Shown: piece by piece, positions 10,377 through 24,100 of the stretch
Layout: each line of letters begins with the position of its first letter
Position numbering within the stretch: position 1 is the first letter of the stretch
Assembly: GCF_037042905.1 (NCBI RefSeq)
Contig: NC_087251.1
Span: 15,936,001 to 16,000,000, forward strand
Length of the DNA: 64,000 nt
From: Lytechinus pictus
Taxonomy: Eukaryota
Direction of reading: 5' to 3'
Notes under the pieces: generated by a model
What the model was told of the DNA's origin: nothing
The model's database searches: none
What the model saw: the letters and a program-made list of their open reading frames with translations, nothing else
Translations under genes and position numbers: made by a program

Positions 10377-12981
10377 TGTCACATGTACATGATTGGCTTG
10401 ATTGGATTTCATCTGATCTGAGCAATTTTTGTTTTCCTACCTGTGCCTGTACATGTTTAAGAATTTGACAGAATCTTAAAAACTTCTTTATGTTTTAAAA
10501 CATAAATCTTATAAAAACAAATTATTTCAATGAAATGGTTACTCTCTTTTAAGAAAGAATCAAATATTATAACAAAAGATGCCACCTCCAAAATGCAAAC
10601 AAGAATAGGTAATTTGGATTGTATATTATTACATTTTCTAAACCCCTTCGTAAAGAAATATTCAAGGAATCATGGTCACCCTCGCTGAAAAATAACAATT
10701 CAAAATGAATATTATTTTACTTACCACTGAAAATTACTCTTAGTTCTAGACATTTACAGATGTCATGCATACCACAGACCATTATTTTGCTTTAATAGAG
10801 ATATCAACCTACTCATTTTTTCTTATTACTTTCTAAATAAAGTTGATACTTCATAAGGTTCACTGCATGACAATTGATTTCTTCTTGCATACAGTATCAA
10901 TGCAGGTATTGAAGATTTCAAGCTGATATCAATAAATCCATACCCACCCCCCAAAAAAAAATTGAGTCAACGCCATTCTGGTTCCAAACATGATATTTTC
11001 CATGAAGAGACCTGATAACGACACCCCACACCATATCCTCATTCGCTTTGCTCCCTCACAGCTTTGCCATTTAGATATGTATATTTTTTTTAAAATGCCA
11101 CTCACATGCCTGATATTGATGGAAACCTTGAACATCTGAAACCGTGACATCTGGATATATTCATCTGGTAGTTTCAATAGTTCACATTACATATATGTTA
11201 CCATTTAAATGTTAGATTTTATGCGTTTGAGTCCATATTTGATTGTTCTTCCTGCATGAATACTGACTTCACTTATTAATGTACATGCAGTAATGATGCG
11301 GTAACAAACCGTTCTGTCCTCTAGCTTTTGTTGACTGACAATTTGAGCTTAATTAATTTATTTATCTCTGAGCATTTGAATATAAAACTATATCATACAG
11401 ATATATCCAAGCTTTGAGCACATGTGCACAGGAGTACTTGGCATGTTTACATGTATGTATTACATCAATATAGAATTCAGTACTTTTTTCTGAATATTTG
11501 AGAGTGGTAGGCCTATTTCTTGTCATCTCTGGTTTTCAGACTGTGCTCTCTGTCTGAAATTGTTGACATTCCAACATTAAAAACTCCATATTCTATTCTA
11601 TTCTACTCAGTATTATAATCTTCTTCCTAACATTCCTATTCAAGATGAAAATTATTTTATCTTTTGTGCTATGTTTACATAAATTATATGTAAAAAATGG
11701 TACTGTGTACAGTACATTATGTTGCATGCCAAAACAATCTACTAATGTAGTATTCTTAGTTTAAATAAATATATTTTATATAGTTGTAATGTCTCATTTT
11801 GTACTATGTACAGATTGTATTAAAACTTTTAAAAGTTTCTATGTCACGTTCAGTTTTGTATTTATGGGGAAAAGAATTTGGATTATTAGAAAATGCAACA
11901 TAAAACTGACTTGAATAATTAGTCAATTTGCACATGTGTTAGTGGTTTTGAGATATACATGTACAGTATTTGTGTTTGCATCCGAGTTACTTATTGTAAC
12001 TTTTTATTCATTTTCAAGGAAATTAGGATTATATTCATGATATTCTCTTGATTGAACTACCAAGATTCAATTCATGAAGTTGTTATTGGTATTGCGAACC
12101 GCCTAGCTAGGTAATGAAATATGTTTTCATGCCATGTGGGCTAATCTTCTTCATCCATTGATTCTTTATGATAAAAAATTTGAGTTTTACATTTGATGAT
12201 AATAAGTTACTCTCGCTTGGAGATGTTTTTATTTTCTCAAATTGGACGATTTACTTTTTAACACTTTTTTTTCAAATTTCATTTACAAATAAGGATTATG
12301 TCCTGAGATTCGTAGCCCATTCTATGCTTGAGAAATGGTTTGGTATACCAAGAAAGGATTTTTTTTGGGGGGAGGGTATTTGGTCAGGATTTGAATTGAA
12401 ATCAATTTAAGGCAGTTAGTAGCTTTGTCCAGAATTCAAGGTAATTTATGTCAAGATGTTCAATGCAAAGTCTTCAACATCAAGTTCTGCAAATACTCTA
12501 TGCCTAATAAAGGCAAAAGATATTCACAATGAAAAATGGTGTATATCATTTTGTGCCCCATTTGATATCCCAAACTTCGTTGAAGCAAACTTACCAAAGT
12601 CCATGTGCATTTGAAGTTATCCAGTTCATTGGATCAGGAAAGCATGGGATTTTAGCTACTCAATTCAAAATTTGTCAAATAAGTACCTGTCGAATAGGAG
12701 TCTACTTTAACTACTTGACTGCGGGACTTCAAGGAACTAGAAAAGACAAACTACCTCACACCATAAGATAGTTTCATGACCCCCCCCCCCCCAGCAGTGA
12801 GGTCCATTGTTCATGATGATGTTTATGATGACCCCCCGTAATAAGGGTTGTTGTTGACAAAAACAAAGAGTAGAATACAAATATCAATATTGAGATTTGA
12901 GAACTCTAAATTCTAATGCTATTTTTAGGGGGGGGGGGTATTGCATCAATCAGCACAATTTGCCTAAATCATTCATATAAT

Positions 12982-15544
12982 CATGGGCGTCAATCCAAAC
13001 TTGAGCATGAGGGGGACACAATAGCAATTAACATGCAAGCATGTCACTTTTATAGGTATACTTTCCAGATCCATTACACTTTCGTCATACTCCACCGCTA
13101 CATGTACCGTATGTCACAGGGGCGGATCCAGCCTTCGCCAATAGGGGGGGGGGGGGGCCCGGAAATTTTTTTTCACCCACATTTTCCCCGATCGGCCGCT
13201 CGAAGTTAATTTTTGTTTGTTTCTTTGAAGGGGTAATATATTTATATATATAATATCATAAGCCTTATTTAAAAAGTGCGAGCTTTTTGTTTATTTTATG
13301 TATTTTGTTTTAAAATTCAAACATTTTGGGCAATGTTTATGATCCTAAACGAGATGTGTATCCAACAAATTATTGCTGCGAGCGCGAAGCGCGAGCAGAA
13401 ATTTTTAATATACGTTTTCATCTGATAAAAAAGGATCTGTTACCGGCAGCTTGTTAGCCATGAAGACGTTACATAATTATTTCAACTATCAAATAATGCG
13501 AAGCGCGAGCTGAAAATTTTGACATTTTTACCAGAAGAATTCAAAAGGCTAAGTATATAGCTAAATAATTAATGCGAGCGCGAAGCGCGAGCTGAAAAAT
13601 TCGAGATTCAAACCTAAAAATTGGACACTCTATTCATATTTTGTAAATCATGAAAATGATGAGTAATTGGAAATCGGCTTCCTACATAAATAATGCGAGC
13701 GTAGAGCGCGATCACAAATTGTTTTATTTATTTTTGATATACGCTTTGTTCTGATCTGTTAACGGCTGCGTGTTAGCCATGATGACGTTACATATTTTAA
13801 CTACCAAATAATGCGAGCGCGAAGCGCGAGCTGAAAATTTTGATATTTCTACCTCAAGAATGGAAATTCTAAGCACTTTTTGTAATCGTGAAAAGGATAA
13901 GTATATAACTAAACAATTGATGCGAGCGCGAAGCGCGAGCGGAAAAATTCTGGACACTCTTATTCATGATTTGTAAATCATGAAAATGAGTAATTGGAAA
14001 TTTTCCTACATTAATAATGCGAGCGCAAAGCGCGAGCAGACAATTTTTTATATTGTGATCTGAAACTGGATAATGATTTAAATAGAGAACAAGCTGCGTA
14101 TCTAAATAAACGCGTGTTTCAGATTTCTACCTAGAACATGTAGAATTAGGGTAATTTAAATACATTTCTTATCATGAAAATCAATAAAGCGAGCGCAAAG
14201 CGCGAGCTAAAAATATATGATATTCCGCTCTGAAAAGGGTCAATTTAAGCTCTGTTTTTCAAGCACTTTGTGGGAAAATTGTGAGGTGGATATGGATCAC
14301 AGTTAAAAAGAGCTGATAAGTTTCATTATTATTACTTTGAGTTTTGACATAGCGGACCGGGACATTATGTCATCATATGAAAATGATGACTATCTTCCTA
14401 TTTCTCTTCCTAAGCATGAGAGCGCGAAATCCTTAATATTATGGCCTGAAAACTTGACATTAAAAGCATTTTTGTAATTATATGAATAAGATGCATGAGT
14501 TGATATATTTCAACAATCAATGCGAGCGGTAATCGCGAACCGAAATTTCTGATAAACTGCATGTGATCAAATGGGGATTTTAAGTAGTTTGTTTTAGAAT
14601 TAATATTGAGATAAACATAACTCACCAATCAAAATGCGAGCATGCAGCGCTAGCTGATACGTTTTCACAATCTGACCTGAATAGGGATATTTTGATAACT
14701 TTATGGAATACAGGAAAATAATAGGTACCTGGCAAATCAAATTTTGCGAGCGTGCAGCGCAAGCAGAAAATGTTAATATTCAGACCATAAAACAAAAATT
14801 TTACAGAAAACTTTTTGAAAATCAAATTTGCAAATCAAACAAAATAATGAAAGTTAAATTTTCGAGCTGGAATATGTTTTGTATATTGACTTCAAGATTT
14901 GATATTTAAGCTCCATATTGAGCAAGATATGTAAATCACCTAAAAGGCGATGTGAGCGCGAGCAAAAATTTTATATCCCGGTATGAAAGATTTTTTATTA
15001 TTACTTTCCGAGTCTTCCCCTTATCTTATTCACTCGTCTTCCTCCTTTTATGTTTCCCTTTCTTTTTTTCTCCTCTCTTTTCCCTTCTTCTCTTTTTTTC
15101 TTTCTTTCCCTTTGTTTTTCTTTTTTTTTTGCTCCGCCAATAGGGGGGGGGGGGGGGGGGGCCGGGCCCCCTGGATCCGCCTATGCTGTCATGCCGTGCA
15201 TACCCACATGAAAAAAACCCACCACGCACGTGCGGGTCTCCATGTGGGTGCTCGCGTGTACCCCGGCGTCGTACGTACAGGAACGGCTCATAGACGGCTA
15301 GCTGCGCTGCTTTTGAATTCGAATTTACCCACCGTTAATTGCATCGAAAAGTTACATGACAGTTTTTTTTTTCCTTTATATTTTTTAAGGGAATCAACTC
15401 TCATTTCCTTGAGAAGGTATGCACATATTCCCCCCCCCCCCCCCAGATGGTCACACGTCTTTTGTGACAAAAACATGGGGGGGACATTTGATATTGTGTC
15501 GGGGGGGACACGTCCCCCCCGTCCCCCACCGATTGACGCCCATG
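12982..15544. mobile_element. Non-autonomous hAT element (outer), carrying a nested element
   Basis: TIRs CATGGGCGTCAATC / GATTGACGCCCATG. Flanks CATATAAT / CATATGAT form an 8-bp TSD with one mismatch. Confidence 0.8.
13117..15185 (+). mobile_element. hAT-like MITE with internal GCGAGCGCGAAGCGCGAGC repeats (inner, nested)
   Basis: TIRs CAGGGGCGGATCCAG / CTGGATCCGCCTATG, poly-G subterminal tracts, and many GCGAGCGCGAAGCGCGAGC motifs. The same body recurs at 38.7-40.3 kb and 58.5-61.7 kb. Confidence 0.8.
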
Positions 15545-16639
15545 CATATGATATGAAGATATGATGGTAATGAAGATTTACACTATTATTTTTTTTATGG
15601 GTTTATAATCAATGAATACATAATTTACATTACTGTAGTCCAAACCCCATGGTCATTTGTATGCTGATTTGATCCACTGAACTTAATTGGAAAACAAAAT
15701 TCCTTCAATTCAAGGTACCTACATTATTTTGCATGACGTGCTTCATTGTATGCAATTGTATGTGTGATATTAGTTACTGTGATGAATATTCAGTTATGTA
15801 TGTAGTTATAATGACAGCATTGAGCAAGTCCGTCCATATGTTTTTACAAGCTGTAGATTGAAACTATCGGGTTTTGTACATATTTTAACTTATCAGGAAA
15901 CCAGTGCATAAAATGTGTAAATTGTTTGGTATGGATTTCATTTCTTTTCTCATTCCAATATAGAGGTGTATTATGTATACATTAAAGAGGATATTACCGA
16001 CGAAATGTACGGTCCCTTTAATATCTAATGTGTATTGTCTGTATGATTATTAATTTGTTAAAAGATTTTTCTTGAATGTGTGTCACAATCAGAACAGAGA
16101 GGGAGATAGAAACAAAGAAAGAGGGTATGGGAGAGGGTTTTTTTTTTTTTTTGGGGGGGATAATAAGATATCCATGGAGGATTGTTACCTAAACATTGCT
16201 TTGACGGATCATTTACTAGTATTCACCCTGTCACTTGTGGCGTGGAATCATACCATGTCAAACCTTTAACATGAGGCTGCTCTTGTCAATGGGAGGCTTA
16301 ATATTTGGCGCGTGACAGACCTTTTCTGAAAAAAGAGGAGCGCCCCCCGCCCTCCCCTCCCATTGGCGATGCAATGAATGAAGGGAAGAAGAGAAGAATC
16401 AGAAGGAAATGAACAAAAAGAAAGGGATGGAGTAGAAAGAAGTTTGAAGAAAAATAAGGGGATTACGTATATCAAATCTTTCACGAAATAATATTTTCAG
16501 TTTAAAAAGTTGGGTTTTTTTCTCATCCGCGGCTATAAAGAAATCCCCTACTCACTGATATCGGGTAGTAACGTGAAGAGCAACCTCGTTTCTTCCTTCT
16601 CATGTGATTGCGACCCAATATTGTACTTACACCATTTAC

Positions 16640-16815
16640 ACTGTAAAAACGCTGTTTAAAATTTTAAGCGCGTTGTGTAAGCCCGTCGCTTTAACAACTA
16701 CTGTTTAAACTTCTTAAACAAATGTTTAAACTTTTTAAACAAATTGTTTAAAAAGTTTAAACAACTTGTTGTTAAAGTGACAGGCTTAAACAACATGCTA
16801 TTTTTTTTTACTGCG
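16640..16815. mobile_element. Short palindromic MITE with CACTG terminus
   Basis: TA|CACTGTAAAAA ... TTTTTACTGCG|TA. Arms AAGCCCGTCGCTTTAACAAC / GTTGTTAAAGTGACAGGCTT surround TTTAAAC repeats. Confidence 0.6.
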
Positions 16816-17493
16816 TATCATCAAGGATGTTTCAAATGAGATGGAGTAACAGCAAATAAAATCTCTTTAAACAAGGTTAAAAACCGCCAGCAGAAAGTAT
16901 GTCAGGCATGCACTTTGCTCAACATCTCTTGCAATTGTGTAGACAAATGATTCCCGCATGACTACGCAGCAATAGGTAGTACATAATTCAGAGGCATGCG
17001 AAAATAAACGATGCAATATGTCCTGAAATATGACTCAAATTTGCTCGACTGGGTATGTGCGGGCACTCATCTGGCATATTACAGTAATGAATAACAATAT
17101 TCCACCGACTACTTTTGAAATTTTCATTCGCCGCAAACGATCGGAAAAGTGTTAAAATCTGGTTTCAATAAAGGTCAAATTCTTTCTTTTTTCACTAATT
17201 AAAGGTTAATTGATATAATATGGGCAAATATCTCGTCGTAATAGTGCTTGGTTATTGATGTTTTGTCATGCATTCAAATTTCAGTTTGTTTATTAATATG
17301 AAACATGAAAAATTGATACAAATGAATATTCGTAAAATTTCACCCCCTCGGGTAAATTACCAAAATGTGCAATTTACCAGAATGTACCACCCCGTCTGTA
17401 CGCAAGTGATGCAGTATAAATTACCCGACACACTCGTTTATATATTTATCTCGTTCGTCTATTAATAGACGATGCACATAAACGTCAAAGTTG

Positions 17494-18358
17494 TTTTTTG
17501 TATTGCCTGCATAGCAGAGCGAGACTTTTGGCGCCGCTTTTCCGACGGCGACTGCGGCGGCATCGTCAACATTGAAATCTTAACCTAAGGTTTGATTGTG
17601 TGAAATGCGATCATGACTAAGAATTTTAGAAAGTATATAGACCTTATTCATGAAACTTGGACATAAGGGTAATCAAGTATGATTTAACATCCGGCTGAGT
17701 TTCAGGTCACATGGCCAAGAATCAAAGATTTTAGGGTCAATGAATAGACGGTAGACCATGTTGGAGGAATCAACATCGAAATCTGAACCGAAGGTTAAGG
17801 TTTTGAAATGTCATCATAACTTAGAAAATATAGTGACATAGTTCATGAAAATTGGACATAAGGGTAATGAAGTATTACTAAACATCCTGCCTGAGTTTCA
17901 GGTCACACGACTAAGGTCAAAGGTCATTTAGGGTCAATAAACTTTGGCCGAGTGTTGGGGTATTTGTTGAATTGCCATTATAACGTTGTAAACTTAAATG
18001 CAAGTGTAATAAAGTATCAGTGAATATGCTGCATGATTTTCAGGTCACATGACCAAGGTCAAAGGTCATTTAAGGTCAATAAACTTTGGCCATCATGATT
18101 TGAAAGTACATGGATATAATTCGTGAAATGTGGACATAGGGGTAATCAAGTATCACCGATCATCTTGCAAGTGACCTAAGACTTGTTGCAACTTGCAACA
18201 AGTCTTAGGTCACAATGATCATGGTCAGATGTCAATGAACAATTTTATCATCAAAATACTAGTAAATGTTTTGTTGGGTGAATAATAATTTAGTCGTTTT
18301 CAGAGTCAGCTATGCTGCTATATTGAATTGTGAGACTGCAAGAGGCGCGTTACCTGTT
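17494..18358 (+). mobile_element. Helentron/HINE-type (Tsp/pearl-like) non-autonomous element, diverged copy
   Basis: Homologous to 46903-47856: GCCTGCATAGCAGAGCGAGAC head, GGCG microsatellite, tandem GGTCAAAGGTCA core units and a 3' GTGAGAC..GAGGC..CTGTT tail. Confidence 0.7.
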
Positions 18359-18591
18359 AAGTAATATAACCAAAATGTGCATAATGTCAAAAATATGCAG
18401 TCACAACACGTTTTAACTGCACTTCAGGTAACAAATAGATCCCGTAAGGCAGGTGCACTATCGCCAAATTTAGGTATCAAATTTCTTATACCAGAATGTG
18501 CAGTCTAAACAAAAACATGTGTTTTGACATGGGGCACATCTGTCCCGTGCCCCTTTTAAGGGTCACAAAAAATATTTGTATTGAGATTAAT

Positions 18592-18847
18592 ATAATAATA
18601 ATAATAATAATAGGCATTTATATAGCGCCATCTATCTAGAAATATTCTATTCCGAGGCGCGTTGTTATTATCATTATTACACCGGCTTTAGCTCGAGCTG
18701 CCTTTCAGCGCTCATGCATTCAAGGAATTAATCCTGCCGGGTACCCATTCACCTCACCTGGGTCGAGTGCAGCACAATGTGGATAAATTTCTTGCTGAAG
18801 GAAATTACGCCATGGCTGGGATTCGAACCCACGACCCTCTGTTTCAT
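18592..18847 (-). mobile_element. tRNA-derived SINE, 5'-truncated
   Basis: Minus strand shows a B-box GGTTCGAATCC (18829-18819), a central TGCTGCACTCGACCCAGGTG..AATGGGTACC core, a 3' GCGCTATATAAATGCC and a (TAT)n tail. No A-box or complete cloverleaf. Confidence 0.8.
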
Positions 18848-19959
18848 ATGCATACGCATTGAAGACCGTTTTGGTGGGTTGGGGCTTGTCAAATTATTGT
18901 ACCCCCTAAAGAAGAAAAGACGTTGCAGAGATCAACAGGACAGGAAAGATCAAGGAAGGACGAAGCGGTGTTAGGGGGGGGGGGCTATAAGCGTCATGCT
19001 AAAGAAACAGCTCATTTATCTTGGCACACTGGATTTCTATCCCGGAAATGCGGCACACTACCGGTCGGTTCGAGATACAGCACTCCTCTTTCCTCCATGC
19101 ATCCTGCATGAGAAAAGTTGTCCTATCAAATATTTCCACTTGGTTATCCTGAAATGAACACCAGTATACCTGGTGTTGATAATAAAACGATTTGTTGAAA
19201 TACTTGCGGATTCGCCTCAAGATCCTTTCTGTAAACTTTGTAGAATTAATTTAGTAGTTCTGTATATTTCGTACGTCGGACGAGTCTGTCCTGTAGTGTA
19301 CTTCCACCAGTGCTTACAAAAAAAATTAAAGAATTCCTGAAATTTAGATTTCTTTCATTTGTATGAAATGTTATGCATTAAATTAGATAAATATAGCATT
19401 GTTATTTCTATTTTTATTTTACGATTTGTTAGCGTCAAGGAATCAAAGCCCGATATAAGCTGCAATCGGGGCATCCAAAATTCACGTTTGACGTGTGATG
19501 CGTATAAACGCCTGTAATAATCGTGTTTTTTTTTATGTGAATGACAATTTTTGATTTAGCATTACATAATAATTTTGATTAAAATGTAGACATGTTTATA
19601 AAAAGAGTGCACAGTTCTATGACAAACAACAAGAACAATCAAATTTGACTCGGACCAAGCGGACTGAGTCTGACGATATATGCGTATCGCTCACTTCAAC
19701 AAAAATTTCAACCCAAAATGAAGCACACTTAAAAAAAAGAAGATACTAATTTAAAACTGTGGCCCCTATCTAGACCCTTTCGCCCCTCAATCTGTGCCCA
19801 AGCCGCCAGAGTTCAAAAGGCAAGAAGTGCATGATCATCGAAAAAAAAATCAACATGTAATGCTCGCACACACACCCATATATACACAAATGATTATATC
19901 TGCTATCGGGTACTTCTATGGACATTTATAATGATATTAAAATAAAAAATGATAATGGA

Positions 19960-20106
19960 TAATGATGGTGGTGGTGGTGATGGTGGTGTTGGTGGTGGTG
20001 TTGATGGTGGTGGTGATGGCGGCGGTGGTGGTGGTGATGATGGTGGTGGTTGTGACGGTGTTGGCGGTAGTGGTGGTGGTGGTGGTGATGTTGATATTGA
20101 TGATGA
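19960..20106. repeat. (GGT/GAT)n trinucleotide microsatellite
   Basis: Direct reading; explains the poly-Pro and poly-Val ORFs in the track. Confidence 0.95.
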
Positions 20107-21111
20107 TAAAAAATGGTAATGAAATTGAAATATTATTATTAAAAACATTTTTAAGCTCTCCACAGTTTTTCTACACTATATCACACTGTTTACGTGAACA
20201 AAAATTATCAATAAAATGCACAATAAAATTGAAATACCCCAAAAAATAAACGAAAGATTAAATGATCAGTATAAACGCTTTATAAGGACTTTACTTAGTC
20301 ATGTTACTAGACCTCGTTGGTTCATGAAATAAGGTTATTTGGCATTTTATAAACTTTTCTTACCCTTCATTATTGGTGTATATCGGACTACTATATCAAC
20401 CCGATTCGCCAATTTTATCAAAGAAAAAAATTATTCTTTGAAATAAATAACATTCATTATTTCAGTTGATCTGAGAGCATAATCAACATACCCAGTCAAA
20501 TTTGAAATGTATCTCTCCCGATCCTTTAAAGTTAGGTCAGAAGCGGCACTAGGGTTCCCATTCCTCTTTTAAAGGACTACTTCTTTATCATCTAGGAAAC
20601 TCGCAGGAGACAACCCCCCCCCCTGTTGTGCTGTCCCTGAGTGAGATGGAGATACAAACCGACATTTTGTAATGCTTACCAAGGATCATTGATAAAAAAA
20701 ACATTACAGACCACAGGGTTAATCCGCCAATAATGACTCCACATAGGGATGTAAGGTCATGTTTGTGTTTTATGAAGACAAATATTTCTAGAAACGGACA
20801 ATATTTTTGCCGACATGGAAGGTTACTAGACTTGGTGTGTTCATGGTCAATAGGCATTGGAAAGGAAGTGTTTCCTCGACGCTTGTCTCATTTTTTTGAT
20901 CGCACCTTTGAGGGGCAGTGCTGGTAAACCGAAGCTGGAGCACGGACATTGAAGAAAACCAGAAGAGAGGCAGTTGATGCTTCCAGAAGACCACTCGGTT
21001 GTAGATCTATGACTAGTCTTCGGTACGTTCCAATCTAATGCAGATGTGATCATAGGTTGCATTTTCACACAGTATCAATCTTAGAAGAGCCTAGTCTTCA
21101 GAACTGGGAAC

Positions 21112-24100
21112 ATGGAGAGCTCTGATGACATGTTTCCAGCCTATGTTGACGATCAATATTCATACCACTATCATCACAATGGCAGTCTCGACTATTTCTC
21201 TTACTATTCATATTCTCAATATTTCTATCAATTCGATTTCGGTCTCGATCACCAGGATCGTCAAGTGATATACATCGTAGGCTTTTTCTTCATTCTTCTT
21301 CTTGTCATCTTTGGGTTGCTCAGTAATACGTTCCTGCTTTATGGCATCGTCAGGTTCCCGCGCATTCGCCAAGATGTCCAACACATCTTCATCACTAACA
21401 TGACCATCGTATGTATCATGTATTTGGTCCTTGTTGGAATTCCAGCATTGTTTATCACGGGTTTGGAGGCATTCGCCCATTTAGTGGCATTCCATGTTAA
21501 ATCCGAAAATAGTATGATATACATACAGATCTTCTATCAAATTATTCATACGGTGAGTTTAAGACACGAAGGGAATTATATTTTTTTACAAGTTAGAGAG
21601 ATTTAAAAAAGTAACAAACAAAATGTTTTTGAATTGTGAAATCTGAACGGAATGTGAAAATAACTTAGATTTTATTTATATTTAATAAATGAATGATAGT
21701 TACACGTGATAATGTAATTAAATTGGAAAAATCGTGTTTTCCTCTTATTTTACGATTCAATATCAGGTGCTCCCACTTTCATAAAAAATAATTTTAAGTA
21801 ATACTCCAATATAACATGGCTTTACTCTTGATTAAAAATATTGAATAGTTATTACTCTAACATAGTACGGTGAAACAGCTTACATTTTGACAAAATAGTT
21901 AACATGATGAAAATTAAGGTATGTGACAGGGCAACATCATCTGCTTTTTGTCTGTATACCACTTAAGGTTCAATAATCATAGATGGAATAACATTTAAGA
22001 AATTACAAGCAGTATTATTAGACCTATTTTATCATATGAAGTAAGGTTGCCCATATTTATATACATCTTTATAATGTCAAATCAAATAACACATAAGTGG
22101 TGGTTTAAACATATTGGTATTTTCAAACTCGGATTAATCTCGTTTTTACCCATATCACCACCACTCTCGATGTAGGCGGTACTCTTTCACCTCGCCTCAA
22201 TGATCACTGCTCAAGCCTTTGACCAGTATCTCTTCGTGGTTTATCCCGTCGTTGCTCGTAAATGGAGGACACCTCAGAATGCTGTCATCGCGTGCATCAC
22301 CTTGTGGATAGGTAAGATATTTTACTGCCATTTTCTTACTCCTATACTCCTCACCCGAAAAGGATAAAATAAAATGAAATAAATAAGGTCATGAAAATAA
22401 TTTAAAAAAATAGTAAGATGAAATTAATTTTGAAATAAAAAGTGAAGTGATTATGATAAGGCATGTTTCCTCTGCATGCACAAACCGTATGGATGTATCC
22501 GGATACTTTAATACTCCAGGATAAACATACTTGGGGAAATGGTATTAGTCCGGGTTATAATTGAGCAAGGTGCCACACGGAAAAGGAGAAATTTTCATAT
22601 AGTGCTTCTAGACCAGTTTTTTACGCTGAATATGAATATATGAGGTAACCAGGCTGTATCCTGAAAATTAACCCTTGAGGGCGCTTTTTTTTAAATGGCC
22701 GCCAAATTTTCAGAACATTTGAATTTTCGTACATAGATTTTGACACAAACATTCCATTGCCACAAAATTAGTGTCATATGAAAGACAAATAAATTTCCTA
22801 CAATTTGGTACTATTTATAGGGGCTAAGTAAGTCAATTGGCTGAGATTTTAAGTAGAAAACTGCATTTTTTGTCATTTTTTTCCAAAAATTGAAAATTTT
22901 GAAAATACATGATTTCACATAATTCTAAGAAAAATTAATCAATTATCTTGAAATGTTCCAAAAAACTTTATTGATATACTATTATCATGTGGATGAAATT
23001 CTAACTCTGTATCATTCTTCTTAGCAAATTTATAAGGTATCAAACTTGAATATTTCAATTTCAGAAATGTCGCTTTTTGTATGCATTTTCATAGACTAAT
23101 ACGTATAACATGTATAATATGTATAATGTATAGTTACAAATTAAATGCAATTATCTCTGCTTGTTAATCACTTGCATAGTTAAAAGTAGGCTTTTCTCTA
23201 TCAGCTACATAAAACAAAATGTTGGCACATCAAGGCCTAAAACTCTCATGGGGTGGGGGTGTCGAAGCCCCCCCCCCCCCTTGGCTATATCATGTTGTTG
23301 TATATTGCCTATTTGTTGAAAAAATCACTGTTTTTTGGAGCACCCATTGAAGCAAAAACAGGCATTTCTACTATACAGTACAGCCACTTTGATTGCTTTG
23401 AAACCACTTGGATAGGAAAGAGTAGGCTTTGTTCTACCAGCTACATCCAAAGAAGTGGAACATCGAAGCCTACTCCTCTCGGGGGGGGGGGGGGGGGCTT
23501 TTGCTTAATATTGCATATTTATTTGAAAATTCACAATTTTTGACCCAACATTGAGGCCAAAGAGCGTTTGTGCTTTGTTGTACACCCCATTTTATTGATT
23601 TGAAACCACTTAGGAAAGAGTAGTTTGTTCTACCAGCTACATATAAATAAGCACTGGCACATCGAACCCTAGCCCTCTCAGGGGCTGTCTAAGTCACCCC
23701 CCCCCCTCTATATCAAGTATATTGCCGATTTATTGGATATTTCACCATTTTAGATCACCCATTGAGGCAAAAGCGCGTTCCTACTATATAGTACAGCCAA
23801 TTTTATTTTCTTGCAATGACTTTGAGAAGAAAGAGTAGGCTTTGCTCTATCAGCTACATAAGTGTTGGCAAATCGAAGCCTATCTCCTTCAGGCGGCTTT
23901 AGAAGTTACCCCACTAATTTTCGGTATTTGGCTATTTGTTGAAAAGTCACCATTCTGGAGCCCCCATTGAAGCAAAAAGGTGTCTCTGATATATAGTTCT
24001 GCCACTTTTATTGCCTTGAAACCATTTAGAGAGGAAAGAATAGGCTTTGCTCTATCAGCTGCATAATTTTGTGCTGGCAAATAAAAGCCTACCCCTTCCA

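Noticed and set aside
12590..12750. Possible minus-strand exons (TTCTAG acceptor, GTAAGT/GTACTT donors)
   Set aside because: No coherent reading frame or partner exons; splice-like motifs arise by chance in AT-rich DNA.
14983..15564. 193-aa ORF
   Set aside because: Runs through pyrimidine and poly-G tracts of nested MITE ends; low complexity.
18790..18847. tRNA gene
   Set aside because: Only the B-box/T-arm is present, followed by a SINE core and (TAT)n tail; no full cloverleaf.
18999..19320. GC-richer island with a 73-aa minus-strand ORF
   Set aside because: No recognisable motif or supported splice structure; cannot call it coding.
19903..20249. Poly-Pro / poly-Val ORFs
   Set aside because: Translations of the (GGT)n microsatellite.
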